Positions 17,808-26,800 of a stretch of DNA of 64,000 bases are shown here, piece by piece. The notes beneath the pieces were generated by a model. The model saw only the letters and a program-made list of their open reading frames with translations, was not told where the DNA came from and searched no databases. Origin of the DNA: an uncultured virus (IMG/VR IMGVR_UViG_3300048796_000130) (lineage: Duplodnaviria; Heunggongvirae; Uroviricota; Caudoviricetes); IMG/VR virus record IMGVR_UViG_3300048796_000130; one strand, given 5' to 3'. The position numbers were made by a program, and so were the translations under genes. Positions within the stretch are counted from its first letter, which is position 1, and every line of letters begins with the position of its first letter.

Positions 17808-20800
17808 CGATTGCGACTGCCACGAATGCGTTCGTGCTCTTTTCTGCCGCAGAATCTTTTCCAGCAGATCGATCTCTTTCTGGTTTTTGTCCGCTTTCGC
17901 CGCGTCGAGGACGCGCTGCACTTCCGCGACAGAAAACCCGTGGACCGTATCTTCGAGCGGTTGAAGCCGCGCCCGATGTTCGATGTCGAGAATCTGGCGG
18001 TGAGTGAGTTGATGTTTCTCGCGGGCGTCTTCGAAGGGCTTCGCGTTGCCCTTGCGAAGCTGGTCGAGAATCTCCCGGCGTTGAACGCGGTTCTCGTGAT
18101 CTTCCGGCAATTCGGCTTCTGTGCCAACCTTCGAGGCCGCGATGTCTGCGGCGGTCTTCTCCGCGCGGGTCTTGGCGAAGGTTACCCCTCCCTGACTCCA
18201 CCAGAACTTACGTTTCTGCTCACTGGTTTCGGCTTGTTCGAATTGCCCGATCTGTCCGATCTGGCTCTCCAGATATTTGCGGAGTTGCCGTCCCTCCGTC
18301 CACCAGTCCGCGTGGGGATCGTAAATCTGATGGCCGGAGAAAAATTCGCGGTTGGTGGCGAGCTCCGCGGCGCTCTTCAAAACCGGGGCGGGAGTCGCCA
18401 CGCGGGTCAAGGCTTGACTGGCGGACTGTTTGTGTTCCGCGACATCGATGGCCGCCTGCATCAGGCCGAACGGCCCTACACGCCAGAAGGTTGCGTGTTC
18501 ATCTTTGGTCAGCTTCTTGGTCAGTTCATCGAGACCATACTTCATCACCAAAAGGCCAAGCCCGAGCATGGCGATGCGATCCCAGCCTTTGGCAATCTCT
18601 TGGGCCTTAGTGCGTCCCGGCGCTGGCTCTTGCGCGCCCAGGGCCGACTTGGCGGTTTCCGCGAAGGCTTTCAGTAGTCCGTAGCGGTAACCTCCGAAGA
18701 TGGTCGCCCACTTCTCGCCCATGACCTTCGCAATCAGGGTGCTGTCGAAGATTCGCGTCGGAACGCGGTACTCGGGGATGATACGACCCACCTCCTTGAG
18801 CGCGTCCTTCAATTCGACGTCGGGATGCTTCGCCTGATACTCGTAAGCGGCTTGCAGCATCATGATGTCGCTGCTAGTCCAGGCAATCTTCGAGGATGGT
18901 TCGTGAATCAGGTTTAAAAGGTTGCCATGCTCGATACCCAGTGCCTCCGCCAACTTCACCGCCCACGGCTCTTTCTTCTCCAGTCCTTCTGCGACCTGGT
19001 GCAGGAATAAGTCGCCGATTTCTTTGACCGCATCGCGGTGAGATTGCAGCGCGCCGCCCGCGTCCAGCGCATCCAGCAAATCCTGATTCTGCCCGAGAAC
19101 GGCCTTGGTCGCCCGGTTTGAGGTGCGCCACAGCACTCCCCAATTGTGCGGCAGGAAGCCGGTCACGCCTTTTTCAAAAGCCCACGACGCGGCCACGTTG
19201 AGCGGATGCCGGATGGGATTCAGGAGCATCGAGATGCGCAGGAATTTCCCCACTTCGTCCATCACGTTCGGCCCTTTCGACTGCATCCGGGCATCGTATT
19301 TATTCAGGACTTCAGCGGTGCGCGGAGCGAAATAGTAGTCCTTAAACTGCGCCATCGTGGTCGGTTTCCAGCCCTCGGGCGGATTGCCCGAACCTTTCGA
19401 CGCGATCTCGTGGAACTCCGGCGAGGATTTGAATGCCTCCAGAAAGTGCAGGTTGTCGAGGGCGTCGCCGAGTTGAATGCTGGAGGCCAGCGCCGACGCG
19501 ATGGCCGAGTGGTAGTAACTGACGTTGCTGTGAAACTCGATTTCTTTTTTGGTCGCCTGCTTGACGGTCCAGATTTGCCCGTCATTATCCTCGAATACGC
19601 GCCCTTCTTCGGTGTGTGAAATTCCGCCGATGTTCTCCGGCTCCCCGTTTTTCCAGGCCGTGACTTGGCCGTTTTTGATGGAGACGACCTTGCGCTCCCC
19701 CGAAGGGCTTTCCAGCGCCATCATGACGCGATGTTTCAGTTGCGGAGCGCCCTTCGAGAGCATGCCGCCGGTCCCGCTGGACTTCACGCCTTGCGCCATG
19801 CGGTCTACCAGTCCGCGCTTGCCTTTGACCATGCGGTGAGAGTAGTTCTCGATGGTGACCCCACCCTGATTGAGTTCCCCGAACATCTCGTCGTTGTGCT
19901 CAAGGATGGGCAACACTACATCGTCGAGAACCTTATCCTGCACCGGAGTCAGCGGTTCGTTCTCGGGATCGTCCAGGTGGGCATCGACAGCCACGTCATC
20001 TGTACGGGGGATGTTGAGTTTCCGCATGGTCTGGACGGCGGCCAGGCGACGGGACTGCTTTCGGGTGGCAAGGGTTTCGAAGCCTCGTTCGAGATCGCGG
20101 GCGAGGCCGGTGGCGCGTTTTACGTCGCGCAAATATTCTCCAACCGTGCCGGCGGCTTCCGCTACGTTCTTTGCTAACTCTCCGGGGCGGAGTTCGCCGG
20201 ACTCGCCGGCAAGCAGTGATTCGGGCTCACTTTTTTCTCCAGGCTCTTTTGGGCCAAAGCCTTTCGCCTCTTCCGCCATGCTGGGCGAAGCGTAGAGCGC
20301 GGACTTCTTCATCAACTGCTCGATGACCTTCGTCTCTTTGCCTTTGGGGATCGCCGCTCTCATCGTGTTCTGCTGGGAGACAAAATCGCCCGTCAAATCA
20401 GTGATGCCGTGATCAAGGAAGTATTTGCCGCCACGGGCTTTGGCTTTCGGAGTGACCACTTCCAGTTTGCCAGCGTTATTCACTACGCGGACGTTCCCAT
20501 CGCGGCTGGCGATGCCCATGTCCTCGATGCGGGGATTGACGCTCTTGCGCAGGAATTTCAGCGCATGCGCGGCATCTCGCAAACGATAGTCGCCTCGGGT
20601 GTTCTTGCTGAAGTCGAATTTCTTCGGCAAGAGAATTCCTTGCTCGGTCGTTCCGTCGGCTTTACTGAAGTTGATGATCGTGCCACGCGTGTCCTTCAGT
20701 TCGCCGTAGGCCGCCAGTAAATTGCCGGTGATGATCTTGGCGGTTTCGCGGGTCTCCGCTTTTCTGCCCCGGAAAATGTCTTCCGGCTTATCGTAAAGTT

Positions 20801-23800
20801 TTGCGACTTCGATGCGTTCCAGTTGCGTGGCGGGCACCGCGAGCGTGCGCAGTGAGCCGTTGGTCGCGAGCGTGACGTTGATCTTGCTCATGGCGAACGG
20901 GTTGCCGCTGCTTTTGTGGGTGCTGCGGATGTTCGCCACGGCTGCGCTGTACACGTCGCCGTTAATTTCCACGCGCAGGGTTGAGCCGATCTGATGGTCG
21001 CGAATAAAGGCTCGCGCGGTTCGCGCGACCGTCTCCGCTTGCCCCACCATCGGACTCTCCGGATCGAGCGATTGCTTGTAGTAAGTTAATTCGCCTTCCA
21101 GTTTGTCGATCAACTCGTTCGCGTGGGCCGCTGGCGTCTTTCCGTCGAGGTGAGTTTTGATGGCTTCCGTCGCTTCGTCCGGAGTGAGTGGCTTGCCTTG
21201 CGATTTAATCGAGTACTCGCCGTAGATGGCGCTGTCTCCAAACGGCGTGTTCGGGTTGGTCGCTTCGACCAACGTGTCGCTGCGGGTTTCCCTAGCGTCG
21301 TAGTCGAAGGTCTTCGGCTCTAACTCGTTCTGATTGGTGGAGTCGAGATACGCGATGTAGTCGTTGTACTGCTGCTCGACGTCGCGGTAGAACTCTTCCT
21401 GCACTTTGACCGGCAGGATCGCGAGCCGCCCCGTCGCCTTGCGCGCGATATCCGGCGTGGGGCTGCCGTCGTCGTTGACCGGGGAGACGTGCAGCATCGC
21501 CGTGAGCTGCGGATTGTCCGCCAAATAATTCCCGACGATCTGGTCGCCATACTGGTTCAGCATGTCCGCCGCTTTTACGGAGGTCGCCGATTCGGTGTTG
21601 CTGGAAGTGTTGGCGTTCAGAGACTTCATTTTCTTCGAAAGCAGGGCGCTGGGCCGCTTCTCGGCTGGAAGATCGGCGTTCAGGATGGTGTAGCCAGGAA
21701 GCTTCACCTGGCCGGTGCGGTGAATGCGGCCCAGCATCTGCATGAAGATATTGATGTCCTGCGCGGCTTGGGCCACGATCATGTGGCGCGGCTTCTGGTC
21801 GGCGAATTTCTCCGAGGCGTGCAGGCTGATGCCGGTCGATCCTGCAACGTTGATAATCAAGGAGTCGAGCCGCCCATCGTTAAAGCGGCGCGTGGTCTCT
21901 ACTTTGTCGTTCTGTTCCTGGGTGGGAACGCGGGAGACGGTGGGCGCTTCCGGAGTTGAGTAATCAACCGAGAGATCGCGCCCTGTGATTTCCGCAACGC
22001 TGTATCCTTCCGCCTCGATGCGCTGGCGAATCCAGTCAATCGGCGAGACCGGCAGATCGATCTTTAATTTGTCGATGGTCTTTTGCGCGTCTTTATAAGC
22101 CCGCAAGGTTTCCGGGTCCAGTTCGCTGAGGGGAACAAACCTCTTCGACACATCGCCCTGGGCGTTTTTAATTTGCAGATAGCGGCTGCGCTCCAAAGCT
22201 CGCGACAGGACCGTTCGATAGTCGAAGTTCTCCAGCGCGTCTCCGTCCCGCAGGTTGTTATCCCCCACGTAAGTCGAGAGGAAAGACCCCATGGTGTTAT
22301 CCACGGCGATGATTGGCTTCTCGCCGCGCCGAATGGAGGCAATCGCATCGTCGGCGGCGGTGTTGGCCTTGATGCCGAGAAGCATCTGGCGAACGAAGTT
22401 GTGGACTACGGAAGAGAACTCGGTGTGGTGGACGGCTTTCCCCGCTTGGTTGCCGCCGCCCGTAATCTGGTTCGCTTTGTTTTCCTTTTGCGCTTGCTTC
22501 TGCGCCTCCGCCACATAGGTGGTGTGGAAGGCTTTGTCCGCATCCACGATGGCGCGCAAGGCTTCGGTCGCGCCATTGGCAATCTTGGTGTGCTCCGCGC
22601 GGTGATCGGTGTCGACCTTGGTCGCCATCTTCACGCCGTCGTAAGAACGTTCCCGGCGGAACATCTGCCCGGCCTTCACCAGATTATTCGAGACCACGGT
22701 TTGCAGCGGGAGGCCGCCGTCTTTCATGGCTTGCACCAGTGTGCCGCTGTCGCCGATGGCTTCGCCCATGTCCGTCTTGAAATACAGCGGCATGTTATCC
22801 GGACGCTTGGCGTAGGTTGCGGAGAGATAAGTCACGCCTTTTGCGTTCTGCAATACGCTGCGCAGGAAATCTCCGGTGTTTGAGTCGCCTCCGGCATTGT
22901 GGGACTCGTCGAGAACGAACACCGCCTTCGAGGAGAGGGAAGCGAGCATCTGCTGCTGGGTGTTGGGGACGTTGATCTGAGAGTAGGTGAGAAAGACCGC
23001 GTTGCGGCCCTCGGGCAGCGTGCCGGTGTTGCGGATGTTCTCGATAGCCTTGCGATGCAGCCCCGGTTTGTTCACGAAGGCGCGGCTTCCGTCGGGGCGC
23101 GTGATCCACTCGTCTGAGTTCACGATGAAGGGGTTCACGTCGCTGGTTCCGATGTCGGCGAGGTCGCCGTACATATCGGTAAACAGCGATGGGGTCTTGG
23201 TGATGAAAACCGGAATGTCGCCACGCTTCGCCGCCCAGCGGATGATGGCTGCAGCCTGACGGCCTTTGCCGATGCCGGTTTGATCGGCGATCACGACCGC
23301 TTTCCCCTGCTGCATCTCGTGGATCGCGGCGGCTACGGAATCGACCTGCAATCCCATGAAGGCATCATGCAGATCGTTGACGGATTTGTATCCCAGTTCT
23401 TTCGCGGCGAACTTATCGAGGTCTCCGACCTCATCTTCCAGGACGCTCATCGCCTGTTCGAGCGGAGACTTCATGTTGACGGGAATGAGCACGCCAACAT
23501 CTTTTTTGCCGGAAGCAGGAGCGTAGGAAGTTTGAAAATCGTTTGACTGGGGACTTATTGCGGGAGGGCTTCGGTGATCTGTTCCAGTGTCGGGAGTTCG
23601 CTCGGGCTCAGATTCAGGCTTGTGCCCTTGCTCCAATCGATCTGATCGAGCAACGTCCGCATCTGGTCGCAGGCTAGTATCTGCGGGGGCCAGTCCTCCG
23701 GATCGTTCTGCAACGCGATCTGATACAGGTCGGGCAGGAGTTCCGGGCTGCTGGTGAGGACCGACTTCGCTTGTTCCGGGTTTTTCCCGATCAGCTTTTT

Positions 23801-26800
23801 CAACTGCTGGCGCTGCAGGAGTTCGTAGAGTTCCCGGCTCATCGGTTGCGGGGCGCTGTAGGGAACTGTCAGCCCCTCGCTCCCGTGCCGGTCGGGAAGA
23901 TTGGGACGCCAGGATTTGATCGAATCGGTCATAGACATCTTTCCATGAGCCTACTCGTTCGATGCTCGCAACCGGCGGCGCGATTCCAGAAGAAGCTTCG
24001 CGTCCGTCGATGGCGATAACTCGAACCGGCCATGCGGCACCTTGACGCCCGTACAGCTTGCCGTCCAGCTCAAAGTGCCCAGCGACATTATAGTGCGAAT
24101 ACAGCCAGTTGAAGAAGATTTTATCGTCCGCGCTTTGGCCGCCTGCGGTGAACTTCGAGGCTCCCAGGATGAGGGTCGCTTTACCCTTGTCCTTCATGGC
24201 CTCCAGCGCGCGAGCCGCAATCAGGTGGTCGATCTGGCCGATTTTGTAGCCGTCCACACGCTCTTTCGTTGCGTTGCCCTGCGCGTCTTTGACGGAGCCA
24301 AATGGCGGGTTGGTGACTACGGCATCGTAACTCTTGCCGAGCGTCGCCTCCATGGCCTTATCCCACTTCTCCGCAGCATCGTAGCTCGTGGTCTCGCTAA
24401 ACCCCTGCTTCCTGAGGGCTGCGGTGCGGTCGGGATTCAGTTCGTTCACTCGGACGTTCTTGGGATTCGCCGCGATGGTGAGCATCCCGTTGCCAGCGGT
24501 AGGCTCGTACAGAGTGGTCAGTTCATTCACGCCAGCCAATTTGTCTGCGAGGTAGGCCAGCGGTGCGGGAGTTGAGTACGCCTGGTTCTCGATGCTGGTC
24601 GACGTCCGAACATTGAGGTTTGGTTGCGAGTCGTAGAGCTTTACCAGTTCGTCGAACGTTTGGCGTGTGCTCGCGCCGACGGCGACAATCTCTCGCGCGT
24701 GCTGCACGATGGCAACTTCGAGCGCTTCTTGTGCCTGCTTCATCCGGGCTGGGTCGGCAGGTTTGCCGTCGAAGGCGTCTACGATCTTCTTGAGCCCCGG
24801 ATTATCTTTGGGCATTTCTCCGTCGGTGATCTTGTCGGCGAGGTGTGAGGTGAGGTCGGCGGCTTCAGGGGCGTGCGGGACAGCGACGATTCCGCCCTCT
24901 TTGGTGGGAATGATGTCGTGCTTCTGCCAGGAGAATTTCGGCTTCGCGGGCGCGGCTTCCGCCTTCTTGCCTTCCAGCTTCACCACTTCCTGCGATCCGT
25001 CTTTCTTTGAGATCGCAATTTCCGAGACAGTGAACTTCTTTCCCTCGGTGACGTTCATTCCTACGTAGCGGTCGGCTTTGGCGGGATCGACGTAAGCAAC
25101 CGTGGCGTGCGGCTTGTATGCCTTGAAGGAGGGTTCGGCGAAGTCGCCGTGCTTTTCTAATTCTGCGTTCAGGCGATGCAACTCCGGGGCTTCAATCGGC
25201 GCGATGATGGGCGCAGAGCCTTCGGAGTGTTCGCTGACGGGAAATTTCTCGGTCTTGCCAAGAGAGGCTTCAAAGGGAGACTGTGCGGAAAGAAATGATT
25301 TAATTTTTTCCGTGTCCTCGCCTTTGATGCCGTAGCGGACGGTGACGTGATTGCCACCGTCCCCAATTTCTTTTCCTTTGCCGGCGAGATCCGCGTTGGA
25401 GATTCTGGTGCGTGCGGATTCTAAGGCTTTCGCGGCATCGGACGAGGCGGGGATGTTGGCTTGAGTGGAACCGAACTTGTACTTCGGCTTCTCTTCTAGT
25501 GCTCCAGACTGAACTCCGGAAACAGCGCCTCCGGTTCTTCCTTCATCGCGCGGACCAGTTCCTTGTCCGAGATGGTCAATTGGTCCACCCGCACCCCCAA
25601 CCGAATCGCCAGATCGCGGCGGAGTCGCGGCAGGTGCGCTTCCAGTGTCAGATCGGTCATTTGCTGATAGGTGAGTTTTGCCATGGCCGGATTCTACCCC
25701 CTTCGTCGGTTCGGTCGTCCCGCCTTTTTCTCTTCCTGTGCGGGTGATAAATCCCCCCGGCTTCGGCCTCTCTCCTAACTCCATTTCCAGATTGCGCGAG
25801 TGGGTGATGACCACAGGGCGCTCTCCGGCCGCAACCTTCGCTTCCACATCTTTCAGGGCTGCATCTTGCCGGGTGCGCGCTTCGTTCCAGCTCTCGCCGT
25901 CTTTCGGCTTCTTGTCCGGGTTCTGCTCGTAGCTATTCCAAATGGGCTTCGCTTCGCCGACTTTCAAGCCTTCGGTTTCGGGAACGTGCTGGGGACGGAG
26001 GCGGGAATCTTCTTGGACGGGGATGCCGAGTTTCTTGCCGACAATGTCTGCGGTTTGCTTGGCGCGCGCTAAATCGCTGGTGACGATGACGGTCGGCTTC
26101 TGCGCCTTGATGTCGTCGGCGAGTTTGTTGGCGGCTTTTACTCCGCGATCGTCTAGCGGCTCTTGCGTCCAGCCCGCGACGGTTTCGTTCGCCCCGGCCT
26201 GGTCGAGTTTGGTTTCGCCGTGGCGGGCGAAGATGATCTGGCCTTTGGAGGAGTCTTGCTTGGCTTTGGTCTCGATCTCACGCACCCGATCCATCGCCGC
26301 ACGCATGCGGTCGTTGTGCCCGGAGTTGCGTTCAGCCATCGCCTGCGCTTCTTCCGGCGTATCGGCATGGCCCTTCTGAAGCAGTACGTCGGGGTCGCCT
26401 TCCAGTAATCCAGCGCGGCCTTCGAGACTCTGCCGGACCTCAGAGGGGTTGTCTCCTCTGGCGATCAGCGCCCGCGCGATCTCCTCATAGGTTTTGGGAT
26501 CGTTGATCTGTTCGGCGGAGCGCGGGTACATCCATCGCCGAAAGTCTTTGTCGGAAAGTTTGGCGGCGTCTTCCGGCCCAAGCGATTGGATCGCGGCATC
26601 GCGCGTCTTCTGGCGCTCTCCGATGGCCTTCTCGTCCGGAGTTAACTCTTCGCCTGCTTGCAGTTTTCGGAGCGCTTCTCGGGCCGCTGGCGTACTGGAT
26701 TCGTCGGCGGGGATGCGCTGCTGCGCGGTTCGTTCGACGGGGGCTTCACTCCCACCAGCCGGACGTGAGGTAGGACTGCTTCCTGAAACGCCATGCCCGC

